Source of the DNA: Stegostoma tigrinum
Taxonomy: Eukaryota
Assembly (NCBI RefSeq): GCF_030684315.1
Contig: NC_081356.1
Span: 28,545,197-28,609,196 of the forward strand
Length of the DNA stretch: 64,000 bases
Direction: 5' to 3'
Part shown: positions 12,543 to 25,870 of the stretch, piece after piece
Position numbering within the stretch: position 1 is the stretch's first letter
How the letters are laid out: each line of letters starts with the position of its first letter
Program-made: the position numbers and the translations under genes
Notes under the pieces: model-generated
What the model was told of the DNA's origin: nothing
Seen by the model: only the letters and a program-made list of their open reading frames with translations
Database searches by the model: none

Positions 12543-12799
12543 GTCGCTATGTCTATATTGAAGGCTCACATCGTCATGATGGAAAATTGGGCCTCCTTGC
12601 CAGTTCTGAACTGCGAGCTCTGGGAGAAAGCTGTGTGAGGCTTGTATATCAGATAACTGGCACAGATCCTGGAAGACTGAATATGTACTTTCGACCAGCA
12701 GGAAACAGCTTTGATTTTCTGCTCTGGTCTGCAAATGAATCATCTGACAGCTGGAAAATTGCTAGTATAGGTGTAAGGAACATAACAGACAAATCCAAG
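12543..12799 (+). CDS. mamdc2: mamdc2 internal coding exon (MAM domain 1 core), 257 nt, phase 1-0
   Basis: Acceptor ctccttgtttttcAG, donor GTacct. Translates (G)RYVYIEGS...SCVRLVYQITG...FDFLLWSANESSDSWKIASIGVRNITDKSK, matching recalled vertebrate MAMDC2 (GHYIYVD...SCLRLVYQIT...FDRLLWSAKEPSDSWLIASLDL). Confidence 0.95.
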
Positions 12800-12889
12800 G
12801 TACCTGCTGTGTGCAAGCAGATAGCTTACTCTTCTACTTAACCATTGTCAAGTAAAGAATCAAGGAAAACAGTGATTTAAGCTGTTAAA

Positions 12890-13360
12890 TATTTGGGATT
12901 TCTGCCTTAGCTCACCTACTCCTGATTTCATTAACCATGTTTTGTTACATTTACACCTGACTCCTCCAATATTGCACTTCCCCAACCTTCCACCTTCTGC
13001 AGACATGAGCTCACACATAATTCTGTACTTTAATTTTGCCAAACTCCATTTTGCTGATTGTCTCTTGACTCACAGTCCAGCAATGCAGCAACTGGAACAT
13101 AGCTTTTCTCATGTACACAAGCCCCTCCATGATATCAATCTTATCCTATCTCTGTAACATCCTACAGCCCTGAAACCTTTAAGATCTCCAATTTCCTCTC
13201 CTTCTGGCCTCTTGCACAACCTCAGTTCTCATTGCTTTATTATTGGATGCTGTAGCCTCAGCTTTTTGAGCCCTAATGTCTGGGAACTCCTCCTTGTGCC
13301 CTTGCAAATTTCTCTCCTCCTTAACATACTATTTAAACGTCAGTTCTCCTTCAAATATCT
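12890..13360 (+). mobile_element. L2-like LINE 3' fragment
   Basis: Decayed ...agccctaatgtctgggaactcc...ctccttaacatact 3' region. A similar end occurs at 7900-8020. Confidence 0.45.
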
Positions 13361-14172
13361 CTTCATGTGTGTCTTGGTGCTTAGCTTTGTTTGCTACTCT
13401 TTCCCTCTTTGCTATTGCTGTGCTGACAAAGGGGAAGTGCTGATGCTCAAACATACACTCATAGTGCGTAATACTGAACCTCCGGGAATAATGTTCAAAG
13501 GGCAGTAATTTCTATTGATTAGAATTTGATGGGATACTTCAGTTACTGAAAAGTAAGTAGTTTTCCTTTTCTCAATCCGACTGTGAGCGATGCTTTGAGA
13601 CTTTATTCCATAGTGCGGTCCTTTAACATCCCTACCATGTTTTGCATTGGTTATGTAAGCAGCTATCCAGAATACATTATTCATCCCCGATGACCCCAGC
13701 CACCACCACCAGCATCACCATCACCTCATCTCCCAAGTTTTCAATTCCCATAACCTAACATGATTTAGGGAGATCATCTGGTAAAAAAGACTATAAATTT
13801 TGAGATTAGTGGGGTAATTACCAAGCTGGTTTGATGAGATTGTCTTTCTGCATTCAGGATTTCGTTGAATAGGGAAAGTAATGTAGCTACAGTGAGACAA
13901 TTACGGAAAGCTACAAACATAAACCTTCTGCTAGGCTCAGCCAGGTGGGGATATAATGCCGAAATATTACTCAGGCAGTAGCTGTGGAGAAAAACACTGC
14001 TTCAGCCAATTAGTTACATCTGGAGCCTTATATCCAGCTTTAAATACATAATGGGTGTTTTTGGAATGAGTTAAATGGTCCCATTCATCCTCATCCTCTT
14101 GTCTTTGCCCTTTCATCTTTTCATGGATGCTACTAGACATGTTGAATGTTTCTGGAGTTTTCAGTTTATGAA

Positions 14173-14482
14173 TCATAGAATAGAATCCCTATGGTGTGGA
14201 AACAGGGCCTTCAGCCCAACTAGTCCACACTGCCCATCAAAGCGTCCCTCATAACTCACCTAATCTACACATCCCTGAACACTGTGAGAAATTTAGAATG
14301 GCTAGTCCGCCTAACCGGCACATCTTTGGACTGTGGGAGGAAACCGGAGCACCCAGAGGAAAGCCACACAGACATGGGGAGAATGTGCAAACTCCACACA
14401 GAAAGTCACCCGAGGGTGGAATCAAACCTGGGTCGCTGGCGCTGTGAAGCAGCAGTGCTAATCACTAAGCCATCATGGCACC
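14173..14482 (-). mobile_element. HE1-type V-SINE
   Basis: Reverse complement of the SINE at 37674, including the V-domain (gagtttgcacattctcccc...ggtttcctcccacagtccaaagatgtgc) and a HER1-like tail. Confidence 0.9.
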
Positions 14483-14954
14483 CTAATATTTCTATACACA
14501 GGATGAATAGTCTTTTGCCTTTGATGTCATATCGGTGCCTGTGGCATCTTGCTGTGTGCAGATATGTCTCCACATTCCCTCCGCTACAACAGTCAATGCA
14601 CTTCAATCACACCTTATCAACTATAAACACTTTGAGATGTCCTGAGGTTCTGCAAGGCTCAATAAAAATAAGCATTTTGCCCTGTAATTCAGCAAACCCT
14701 ACCTTACCACTGTTTTTAATGGATGGGGACAGCCTAGATAGTTAGGATTTGTGGTGTCTTGCCTTCAGAAGTTTAGGAGGCAGGATTAAACCGTGATAGC
14801 CACTGATGTGGGGAACTGCAGCATTTTCTCATTTTTTGTTATTACTCAAAGACAAACTGCACTGAGTAAATTAGGAGAGTCAGCTCAGATTTATTGCCCT
14901 GAATGTCCATTTGCTGTGAATTAGCCCAGTTCAACCATTCACATCTGGCCTCGG

Positions 14955-16320
14955 GATAGGAACAGGCAGAGGCCGTTCAGTGTCTCAAGCCTGTTCTATC
15001 ATTCAGTGAAATATGGCAGCTTTTTATTTCCACCTGCCTAACTTGCATAACCTTTGGCAAGCAAGCAGCTTTCCATCTCAGACTTAAATAATTAATTGAG
15101 ATAGCATCAAGTGTTCATTATTACCTGTGGGAGAGGGCTGCACATTTCTTAGCCTTTCCGAAAAGCAATGTGTCCTAACTTCTCCCCTGGTTCTGAGATT
15201 AAGTTCATACCTTTTTCCCAAAACTCCTCATCATCAGCAGAAGCAGTTTCTCTGTCAGTTCCTTTCAAGGTTCTAAAATCCACAATCAAATCACCCATTA
15301 AACTTTTGCATTCAGGGAAGAAGCCTAGTTTACATAATACTTCCTCTTAATTTAACCCTTAGAACATTGGTAACATTTTGGTGAATCTGCACTGCACTCT
15401 TTTGACCAATGTACCCTTTTCTAAGGTGCAGAGAGAAGCACTTTTCATGGAGTGTGCTGTAACCAAAGTTTTGTTTCACTTCAACAAAAATTCCCTCCCT
15501 TTTATATTTTAGGCTCTGGATATAAGGCCTAACATTCCATTTAAGACAATGATTATTTTTAGGTCTGATATTTTAGGGATCTGTGTACACGGACCTCTTT
15601 GGACCTACACTCTTTATAGCTTTTTAACTATATCATTAACACTCAGATGAATATTTCTTTGTTCTGCAATAAATGACCTCACACTGGCCTAAACTGAAAC
15701 TCATCTGCCAGGTTTCCCCCTTCACTTAACCTACCAATGTCACTTTGTAATCTTATGCACCAGTCTCTGTTACTTACTGCAGCATGATGACTATGCCATT
15801 GCCAAACATAGATGTACAGCTTTCTCCCTCAGGAAAGCTTCAGTGCTAAGCCATATCGCCGACTGAACATGCTTGTTCTGGTCAATAAAATCATTGCTGG
15901 CCTTTTCCATCATCTCTATATTCCATATCCATATCCCTTAAGTATTTTGTAATTTGTTTGTCAGTTTTTTAATTTGTCAATTATTATTCTGACGATGCTT
16001 GAACAACTGAACAGGAATTCCAACTGCGTTGGAGGATTCCGAAGATTATAAAACTCTCTGAAGAAATTTCTGTTCCTTCAGTCCTAAAATGCTGACCCTT
16101 TAACCGGAGTCTGTGACCCTTGTGTTCTAGGCTTCTCAGCCATGGTAATAGCCTGTCAACATCTATCCTATGAAGCCGTTCCATGAGATCGCTTCTGATT
16201 CTCCCGAGCCCCGGGGAATTAAAGCCTTTCTATTCTCTCCCCCTCCCACGACACCCCCCTAATCTCAGGAATCAAAACAGTAAACTATTTTTGCACCATG
16301 TCCAAGGAAATTATATCCTC
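14955..16320 (-). mobile_element. Two decayed CR1 LINE fragments (about 14955-15800 and 15830-16320)
   Basis: 3' tail ggaacaggcagaggccgttcag and peptide IDVDRLLP...KGHRLRLKG. Confidence 0.65.
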
Positions 16321-16329
16321 TGATGGGTA

Positions 16330-16470
16330 GTAGTAGTTCCCAAGCCCCAGAGGACCACAGGGCTGCTCTCTCATCAGAGAGAGAGAGAGATAACTGATAG
16401 TGAGTTGCCACCATACCTCAGGCAAGAGACGAGTTTGAGAAGATGGGATCTTCATGTTGACCTCATGGTT
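16330..16470 (-). mobile_element. tRNA-derived SINE fragment; second copy at about 25360-25540
   Basis: Shared accac(a)cctcag(g/a)caa..gagaag core. The 25360 copy retains ggaaccc (reverse-complement B box) and ccaactgag (reverse-complement A box). Confidence 0.55.
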
Positions 16471-16589
16471 GGAAGCAAGGTGGCTTGCCTCAGGCATCCC
16501 ATCCCTTGATGCCCCCACAATCAGGCAGTGAGTACAACATTTCCTATGTGGTATACTCCCTGTTTCATTTTGCTAATTCATTTTTGAGT

Positions 16590-16840
16590 TGTAGCCAATA
16601 ATTTAATTGTCTGGACCCAGGGGAATATGAGGAAGAACTGTTTTTCGGAAGGAAATTGTAATGATCTGGAACAAAGTGGTGCAAGCAGAGACAGTGAATT
16701 ATTTTAAGATGAAATTGAATGGTCACAAGAGGAAAATAAATTTGCAGGGCTACAGAGAATGGGACTGACTGGGTCATTCTATTAAAAGGCCAGCATTAAC
16801 TGAATTGGCTGAGTAGTCTCCTTCTTTGCTATTATGACTG
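16590..16840 (+). mobile_element. CR1 LINE 3' end
   Basis: gaggaagaactgtttt...atgatctggaac...ggctgagtagtctccttctttgct tail. Confidence 0.6.
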
Positions 16841-17924
16841 AGAGTCAGGTTGTGCAAGAAGGGAAAGGGTAAATAAAACAACTGCAGGATGTAAAAGTTG
16901 AGCACTGTGAAACATGGCATCAACATGGATTTTCCATCTCATGGTAGTTAAGAATATTTCTGACAGGGCCCTGCCTAATTCAGCAGCAACATGAAGACAA
17001 TTTATGTGGCATGTAGATCTTGCAGTTAGAATCTGCAGAGTTTTGGTGACATCTCAATGTGAGAAATGTGTTTTTAATATTTTATGAATGTTTCTCAACT
17101 CCTTACTTTCCTTTAAGTTAAAAAAGAAACTCTTAATGCCTTAAATGAACTTTACCACAATCTGGTAACATCACGAAACTGATAGAAGATCCAAGGTTAG
17201 TCATTTCAGAACCCGATGCCAAACCCGTGGCAGGAACCACATGAGCAGCTCAGGAAATTAGTTAAGAAAGTGCAAATAGTGTGTTTGCAGCTTTCGATAA
17301 TTTCCAACATCTGTAGGCCTTCTTTTTGTTGCTGGTGCTTTTTTTTCAAGGATGAGAAAGTTTGGAGTCAGGAAATACATTTCTCTTATTGACTGGATGC
17401 AGGCATCAATGTCAAAGCCTGCATTTAATGACCATTCCCATTTTGACACTGAGAAAGTGTTGAGCTGTGACCTTGAATATAACTCAGTTGATGCCACGCT
17501 GTTTCAGAGAAAGTTCAGAGTCACCCAAATTGCTGTGGGTCTGGAGTCACATATAGAATGGACCAGGTAAGGATGTCAGATTTTCTGCTCTAAAGGACAT
17601 TCGTAAATCAGATGGTTTTTATGGCATTACTCACATACACTTGTTGTTTATGACATTACAGTAGTTTTATGCTCTTTGTTACTCTTCAGCTTGTTCCAAT
17701 TAGTTGAAATCAGTGGGATATAAACTGCCATTTATGGATCATTAGTCTTAGCTTCTGGGGTTACAGTAATTAATCTCCAATCAAACCCATGACTTCGAGA
17801 ACTAGATGCCATCTACCCTATCCAGATATTCTGCTAAAGAGTTCGTAGCTGTAACTGAGCATTTTTTGAGGGCTTTTTGAGTTTTCTTGTTTCAGTTTCC
17901 TGACCTCTTGCAAGCATAGTATCC

Positions 17925-18275
17925 TGGAGCTTAGAAGGAGCCTATTCAGCCCACTGTGCCAGTGCTGGCTCTTTGAAAGAACTCTCCAACTGTTCCACTC
18001 CCACCTGCTTTTACACTTCAGTTTTTATTCTCTTTTGTAAATTACTGTTGAATCTTCCTCAACTCCCCCACCTCTCCTTTCAAGTGGTGCTTCCCAGATC
18101 ACAGCAAATTAGTGTGTAAAACAAATTAGCCTGAATTCCTCTTTTGGTTCTTTGGTCAGTTCTGGTAAATCTGTGTCCTCTGTTTACCCTCCCTCCCACA
18201 ACTGGAAATAGCTTATTCGCACTTACTCTTTCAAAACACTTCTTAACTTGCAAAATCTCTATCACGTCTCCATTT
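17925..18275 (-). mobile_element. CR1 LINE 3' end
   Basis: Peptide KLFPVVGGRVNRGHRF and tail agaaggagcctattcagccca. Confidence 0.7.
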
Positions 18276-19459
18276 TAGACATCACTGATGTAAGCGATTC
18301 TGCTGGGATGAATAAGGAGTTCCATAATGTTGCTGCAGATATTCTGAGTTGCGTGATTGAGAGATGCTGATTATTGTTATTAGGAATGCACACATTAGAT
18401 TCCCTCAGATATTTATGCCAACATTGTAGACAAACTGTGACTGAAAGATCAACTATTATCTTTACCCTGATTCAAAACAACAGTTAACTTTACTTTGAAA
18501 AGTCTCTCTGTGGCACAGAGAGGGAAAACTACTCAAACTAATATACTGTGCTCTTCCTCCTCCTTTTTTCCGCCACCAACATACTGTAATTATTCAACAT
18601 CTGCTGCCTCCAAAAATAAAACCAGTGGTTTTCTAACTCAGCAGGAGTTTGAAATGATTTCGCGTTCACAATTTAAAAATCTGTTCCAATAGACTAGGAG
18701 TGGGGCAGGGCTGTTCACCGACTCTGAGTTTGACCTTTAACTGTGCTAAATTGCCTTGCATAGGTGGTGACCTGTGTTCAGGGCTTTAATATCTCAAGGT
18801 CTGATGAGAAAGGATGTCTGATGGGTTAAAAGCATGTCAGTTGAGGAGAGAATTGAACTTCCTCGCCACACTTAAGCAGCTGGCTGGACTGGCTCGCACA
18901 CAATGAATGATTGTTTGAAGGAAGTACCAGGCACCCTCTTTCTTCATTCAATGGATGCGTGCAACACTGGTAGGGCCAATATTTATTGCGAATTCCTTGA
19001 GGTAGTGTTGGTGAGCTTGTTAGACAACGTTAAAGTGCCTCAAGCATCCCAGTAGGCCAGACTGGGTAAAGATGACAGATTTGCTTTCCTGAGGAACTTC
19101 GGTGAACCATATTGTTTTATAAGCAAGCTAATTTATTGTCACCATTACTGGTAGTTTTTTCATTTCAGATTTACTGAATTAACTAGGTTAAGATCTCCAC
19201 CAGGTGTAATGGAATAGGGACTTATATCTTGAGGTCATCAGGTCTGTAGGTTACCAGTCTAGTAAGATGACCGTCTGACATAGCAAGAAGCCTGCAAGGA
19301 TACACCAACAAAGTTTAATCATGTAGCTTTTTCTTTGCGCCTAGATAACTTGCACCCTTCGACATGTCACACCTTCATCACCAAGCACAGCTGTCCTGGC
19401 ATTTCCCCACAGTTCCCTTACAATGTAACTTGGCTTGTTCCTGAATAGGAATTGTTCCA

Positions 19460-19650
19460 TGAAGGAGAAAAGAGAGTTAATGTTTTGGGACCGGTGGCCC
19501 TTCCTCAGAGGTTCTGAGGAAGGGTCACCGATCTCAAAACATTAATTCTCTTTTCTCCTTCACAGATGCTGCCAGACCTGCTGAGCTTTTCCAGCAACTT
19601 TGTTTTTATTCCCGATTTACAGCATCCGCAGTTCTCTTGGTTTTTATTTA
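19460..19650. mobile_element. Penelope-derived family A element with a 50-bp perfect-register hairpin and two hammerhead cores
   Basis: Arms 19460-19509 and 19513-19562 match at 46/50 positions, with loop GGT. Continues to the family A terminus (cagcatccgcagttctcttggttttt). Confidence 0.85.
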
Positions 19651-19964
19651 GGAGCTGTTTCATGTTATGGTGACAAGGTCTGAAGAGACCAGTCATGGTC
19701 TCCTGTCTCACATTGCTGTGGTCCACTATCCCAGAATGCTTTGGTGCCAGGACTCCTTAGTGTAATCGGATACTCAGATCAGATAGCTGCTGGACATTTG
19801 GTGGCCAATTAAAGTCCTGAGGGCAGGATGGAAACATCTGGATTAGTGCTTTCTAAATATTGTGAATCCATTCATATTCCTGGTTGTCAACCACTGTTTG
19901 TGAAGAACTAGCTGATGGGGAGTAATCCCAGAGGTCCATTGTTCAGCTGCACGCTGTCACAGAG

Positions 19965-21560
19965 GACTGCAATATCTGTTCACAATACGAAATAATGCAG
20001 CGACACTGAGGCTATTTGTCTCATCTTGCCTATACTGGTTCTTTGATAGAGCTACCCAGTTAAACCCATTACCCGTGCCTCCCCTCTTGCACTTTTTTTT
20101 TATTCCTTTCAAATATAAATCCAATTTTCTTTTGAGGGTTAGTTTTGAATCTGTTTCTACTAACCTTTCAGGCAGTGCATTCCAGACCATCATAACTTGC
20201 TGTGTAAAATAAATGTTTCCTCATGCCTCCACTGGTTCTTTTGCCAATTACCCTGAATCTGTGTCCCCTAGTTACTGACCCTGCTGCCAGTGGAAACAGT
20301 TTCTCCTTGTTCACTTCTCGCAAAATCGTATTGAATCTCCCAGTCGTCTTTTGTTTTACTCAAAGGCAAACTGAATCATAGAATCGTTGCATTACAGAAG
20401 GAGCCCGTCAGCCTATTGTACCAGCTCTCTGAATGAGCAACTCACCTGCAGTGTTATTCTCCTGCCTTCTCCCCATAAGCCTGCGCCTTGTTCCTTTTCA
20501 GGTAACAATCCAATTCCATTGCAAAATTGTCAGTTGAACCTGCGTCCACATGTTGTCAGGCTGTGCATTCCAGATGCTGACTGCCTGCTACATGTAAGAA
20601 GTTTCTCCTTGTGTTGCCTTTGCTACTTTTGCCAGTTAGTTTAAATCTGTGCCTTCTAGTTTGCACATTGATGTGAACAGGGAAAAACTGTTTTTCTCTA
20701 TTTGTTCAATCCAGGTGCCTCATGATTTTAAATACCTCTCCAGGAAACACTCATTCCAGCCTTCTCTTCTCTAGTCCCAATTTCTTCAATCTGTCTTCCT
20801 AACAGAAGTTCCTCATGCTTGGAACCATCCTCCTGAATCTTTTCTGCACCCTCTCTGGTGCGTTCACACCTTTACAAAATGTGGTGCCCAGAATTGGATA
20901 CAATCCAACAGCTGAGGCTGAACTAATGTCTTGTCTGTGTGAAACACATAAGCTCCTTCCAGTTGCTCCTTAAGCCCCTATTAATAAAGCCGAGAATACT
21001 GAATGCATTAATCACATTCTCAACCTGTCCTGCCATGTTTAGAGTTTTGCCCTTTGTGGTCTCTTTCCACATTCTTCCTATCAAAGTGAATCACTTCATG
21101 TTTGTCAGCATTGAACTTCATCTGCCCCTTATCCACCAGTTGCATTAACTATGTCCTTTTGAAATTCTCTTGAGCTTTCACAATACTTCCATGTTTTATA
21201 ACATTTGCAAATTTTGAAATTTTGCCCTGTACACCATAATTGAGCTCATTAATATATATCAGGAAAACAAAGGCTCCCAACAGTGATGCCTGGAAACTCC
21301 ACTGTAAAGGTTCCTCCAGTCTGCAGAGCATTCATTAACCAATGCTCTGGTTCCTGACACTCATGTCCCTTTTATTCAGTGGGCTACAACTTTGCTGACA
21401 GGTCTGTTATGTGGTATTGTATCAAGTAGCTTTTGGAAGTCCACATGCACCACATCAACGCTTTTGTCGTCTCTCTGTGTTAACTCCTCAAAACACTCCA
21501 GGTTAGTTAAACATGATTCTTTTCCTTATGAAATCAATGCGGCTTTCCTTAATTAACTTC
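19965..21560 (-). mobile_element. Two tandem CR1 LINE fragments (about 19965-20340 and 20373-21560)
   Basis: Peptides VWNALPERLVE and FLIYINELNYGVQGKISKFAN; tail atcatagaatcgttgcattacagaaggag. Confidence 0.8.
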
Positions 21561-21773
21561 TCCAAATTCTCCACCAGTGTGCCACTTAGGATACATACCT
21601 GTGTATTAATCTAAAAGGGATTGTACAATGGAACAAAGTAGCTTTGCGCAAAAATGAAAAATGAAAGGAAGTTTGATCTTTACAAATCCAAAGTTGCTCG
21701 TCATTGTTTTAGCTCTTTGCTGTCTCCATGATCTTAAAACAGCAGCTGTAAGGCTAGAAGGGAATTTTAAGAA

Positions 21774-24090
21774 TTACTTGTGAAACATGGACATTGCCAG
21801 CTGGCCAGAATTTTTATTGTCTGTCCCAATTTGCCCCTGAGGAGGTGGTGGGGAGCTGCCTTCTTGAACTGCTGCAACCCACCTGCTGTGGGTTAACCCA
21901 CAGTGTCCTGTGGGAGGGAATTCCAGGATTTTGACCCAGTGACAGTGAGGGAACACTGGTATCTTTCCAAGTTAGTATGGTAAATGGCTTGGAGGGGAAC
22001 TTGCACTTGTTGGTGTTGCTATGTATCTGTCCTTCTAGGTGGAAGTGGTCATGGGTTTGGGTGGTGCTGTCTGGGGACCTTTGATGAATATGTGCAGTAC
22101 ATCGTGTAGATAGTACACATGCTGCCATTGGTGATGAAGGGAGTGGATGCTTATAAATGTGGTAGCAATCAAGTGGGCAGATGATGTCGGGCTTCCTGAA
22201 TGTTGTTGGAGCTGCACCATTCAGCCAGGTGGGGAGTATTCCATCACATTCCTGACTTGTGCTGTGTCAATGGTGGACAGGCTTTGGAGAGTCAGCAGGT
22301 GAGTTATGTGCTGCAGTATTCCTAAACTCTGACCTGCTTTTCTAGCCACTGTGTTATGTGATGACACTTTCAGGTTCTGGTCAGTGGTAACCCCAGAGAC
22401 GTTGATAGTAGGAGATTCAGTGATGGTAAGACCATTGAGTGTCAAAGGGCGGTGACTAGATTATCTCTTATAGGAGAGGATCATTATTTGGATTTTTATG
22501 GCGCAAATGTTACTTGCCACTTGTCAGCCCAAACTTAGGTATTGTCCAGAACTTGTTCCATTTGAACACGGGCTGCTTCAGTATCTGAGGAGTTGTGAAT
22601 GGTGCTGAACATTGTGCAATCATCGGCGAATACTCCCACTTTGACCTTATGATGGAGGGAAGGTCATTGATGAAGCAGCTGAAGATGGTTGGGCCTAGGA
22701 CACTACCCTGAGAAACTCCTGCAGAAATGTTCTGGACCTGAGGTGACTGACCTCCAACAACCACAACCATCTTCCTACCCGTCAGGTACGACTCTAACGA
22801 GTGGAGAGTGTTCCTCAGATACCCATTGATTCCAGTTTTGCCAGGGCTCCTTGATGCCACGCTCAGCTGAATGCAGCCTTGATGTCAAGGTCTGTCACTC
22901 TCACTTCATATCTGGAATTCAGCTCTTTTGTCCATGTTTGAACCAAGGCTGTAATGAGGTCAGGAGCTGAGTGGCCCTGCAGAATCCAAACTGGGTGTCA
23001 CTGAGCAGGTGTTGCTTGTTAGCACTTGATGACACCTTCCATCACTTTACTGATGATTGAGAGAGATTCAATTTTCCACATTGTCAATTAGATGCCAGTG
23101 TTGTAACTATGCTGGAATAGCTTGGCCAGGGGAGCACAATGCTTCACTACTATAGCTAGAATCACGTCAGGGCCATAGCATTTGTAGTATCCTGTGTAAC
23201 CAACCATTTCTTGATATCACGTGGAGTGAATTGAATTGGCTGAAGACTGGTATCTGTAATGTGGGGGACCACTGGAGGAGTTTGAAATGGATCATCCACT
23301 TCAGCCTTATCTTTTGCACTGATGTGTTGGGTTCTTCCATCATTGAGGACGAGATATTTGTGGAGCCTCTCCCTCCAGTGAGTTGTTTATTTGTCCACCA
23401 CCAGTCGCAATTGGATGTGGCAGGACTGCAGAGCTTAGATCTGATCTGTTGGTTTTAGGATAGCTTAAATTTGGCTGCTGTTTGCTGTTTGTGCTGTTTG
23501 GCATGCAAGCGGTCCAGTTTGGTAGCTTCACCAGGTTGATATTTTTAGGTATGCCCGGTGCTGCTCCTGGCACATCTTGCTGCACTCTCCATTGAACCAG
23601 AGTTGATTCCCTGGCTTGATGGTACTGGTAGAGTGGGGGATATGCCGGGCCACGAGCTTACAGATTGTGCTGGAGTACAATTCTGCAGCTGTTGATGGCC
23701 CACAACACTTAATGGATGCCTAGTCTTGAGTTACTAGATCTGTTTGAAGTCTGTCCCATTTAGCACGGCGATAGTGCCACACAACCGAGGTTATTTGCAG
23801 TGTGAAGATGAGACTGACTGTCCACAAGGACTGTGTGCTGGTTGCTGTTACTGATGCTGTCATGGACATGTGCATCTGCAGCTGGCAGAGTTCTAAGGAT
23901 GAGATCAAATATGTTTTTCCCTGTTATTGGTTCCCTCACCACCTGCTGCAAACTCAGTCTAGCAGCTATGGCCTGTAGAACATGACCAGCTTGATCAGTA
24001 GTACTGCTGCTGAGTCACTCTTGGTAGTGGACATTGAAATCCCCCACCCAGAGTTCATTTTGTGCCTTTGCCATCGCCTCCCCTGACCCT
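21774..24090 (-). mobile_element. CR1/L2-group LINE ORF2 (endonuclease C-terminus, RT and 3' UTR), decayed
   Basis: GVSQGSVLGPTIFSCFINDLPS, QQVVREPITGKNIFDL, VWHYRRAKWDRL, AQVRNVMEYSP. Confidence 0.9.
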
Positions 24091-24109
24091 CCATCTGGAG
24101 CTGTCCTGG

Positions 24110-24509
24110 GAGAAAGAAAGAAAATGTTCATTATATAGTGTATTCCACAACAAAACATTTTTGAAGTGTAGAAAACAGTCAATGTTCACACTGCAGGCTC
24201 CCACAAACGGCAAAGCAATGATGATCAAACAACTTACTTTGAGTAATGATGGTTGAAGGATAAGTATTGCCTGGGACATTATTGGAAGGCCTCTGCTCCT
24301 CTTTGAAATAATGTCAGAGTATCTTTACATCCATGTGAGAAAGCAGACAAAGTCCCTTTGGAAAGGAACCACAACTAGCCATCTAATAGTTCCTCAGTAC
24401 TAGAGGAGAGTACTAACTGGGATCTTACCCTTAAGATCATAGAATGGGATTTGGCCCACAATCATCTGAGTTAGAGGAAAGAGTACTACCCAATAAGCCA
24501 GAACTGACA
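24110..24509 (-). mobile_element. Deu-domain SINE (SacSINE1/AmnSINE-like), decayed
   Basis: ctgctcctctttgaaataatgtcagagtatctttacatccatgtgagaaagcagac...cctcagtac...gagtactacccaataagcca resembles the recalled SacSINE1/AmnSINE consensus. A 3' piece also occurs at 14510-14680 (+). Confidence 0.6.
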
Positions 24510-25785
24510 TATGTAAAGAATGAAAGATTTATGCTGCTATCTTTTGTGTGGGTGTGTGGACTGTATTGAATTCTCCACAAAATACTCAAGGAACAATACA
24601 ATGAAGGGCTAGATTTTATGAGGGACATGTTGTTTGCCTGTCTCTAAGAGAAAGCCTAGTCACAAACTGAGCGACTTTAACAAACAGACTGCCCACAGTG
24701 ATAATGTGCTGGTGACAGCCTTTTAAGCTCAGCATGGGATTTCTGGCCTTCATTGATCATGTTTTCAGTCTGATCAACCAAAATTGGCAATGTTTTCCAA
24801 ACTGAAAAAAATGCATGGTTGTGAAAAGCTTGACATAAATGAAAGTTTTCTTCAATTCTCCCAGGAGAGCTCCCAGATTGTGAGCAGTCCCATAATGAAA
24901 ACAGCATGGTACCATGGGTGGGGGTGGGGGGTGGGGCGCGGGCGGAGGAGGGAATGGGGATAGACACCCTCAGTGGGAAGGGTTTGGGAAGGACCATCAA
25001 GCTTTGGAGGCTGGAGGGTGATGGAGAGGGAGGCATTAGGGCTTGGGGTTACCATCTTGGGATGGGTATGTCCAAAATGTGAATTGGTCACAAGCAAAGA
25101 AGGCACTCCCCCTTTCCTTTCCACTTTTTCACCAGAGTTGCCCATTCTCACCTGCTTTCCCCTGCTAGCTGCATTATGGCATGGGCATCATTATTTTCAG
25201 GTCAATTGACTTGATAACAAGCTTGTTGACGGTAATGAGTTTTTTTTTCGTGAATGGTGGGCAGGCACTGTCATTGACTTTGACATTCACCCAAATAATC
25301 TGTGGTGGGAAGTTGGCATGTTGACGTGTGGTTCATGATAATTCACTGGAGTTTAGTAAAGATACCATAGTCTTAGTCTCGTTAGAGGTAGATGACTTGT
25401 GGTGAGTTTAACCTGTGGGTCACCACACCTCAGACAAAGCTGAGAAGGTGGGACCTATGTGGAACAAGTATGGAACCCGTGCTGTTGGCTTCACAGTGCA
25501 TCACAAACCATATGTCCCACCAACTGAGTATCCAAACCCCTCCTGTGTGGAATGGTAGCCATCTTAACGAACACATGTAAAATTTGGCTGGGATGTTATT
25601 TAGAGATGGGGGAAATAATCCTGTAATAATTACGCCAACTTCAGTATATTGTGACATCAGCTAAGAATCACTTGGCAAAACTGAAGAAATACTCTGTTTG
25701 TTACAATTCATAAAATGTTCCACAGGAAACGTAAACCATTATTTACAAATGTTTTACAATAATGCACCTTACTGCTTCTGCACAG

Positions 25786-25870
25786 ATTCTTCTAGAAGCT
25801 GTAGTCAGTCCAGACCCAAAGGCTAGTATTGCAGTTTTTGAAATCAAAATCTCTCCTGGTTACTGTATTG
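25786..25870 (+). CDS. mamdc2: mamdc2 internal coding exon (end of MAM1), 85 nt, phase 0-1
   Basis: Acceptor cttactgcttctgcacAG, donor GTaagt. Translates ILLEAVVSPDPKASIAVFEIKISPGYCI (cf. ILIEGVLGQGNTASIALFEIKMTTGYCI). Not in the ORF track. Confidence 0.95.
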
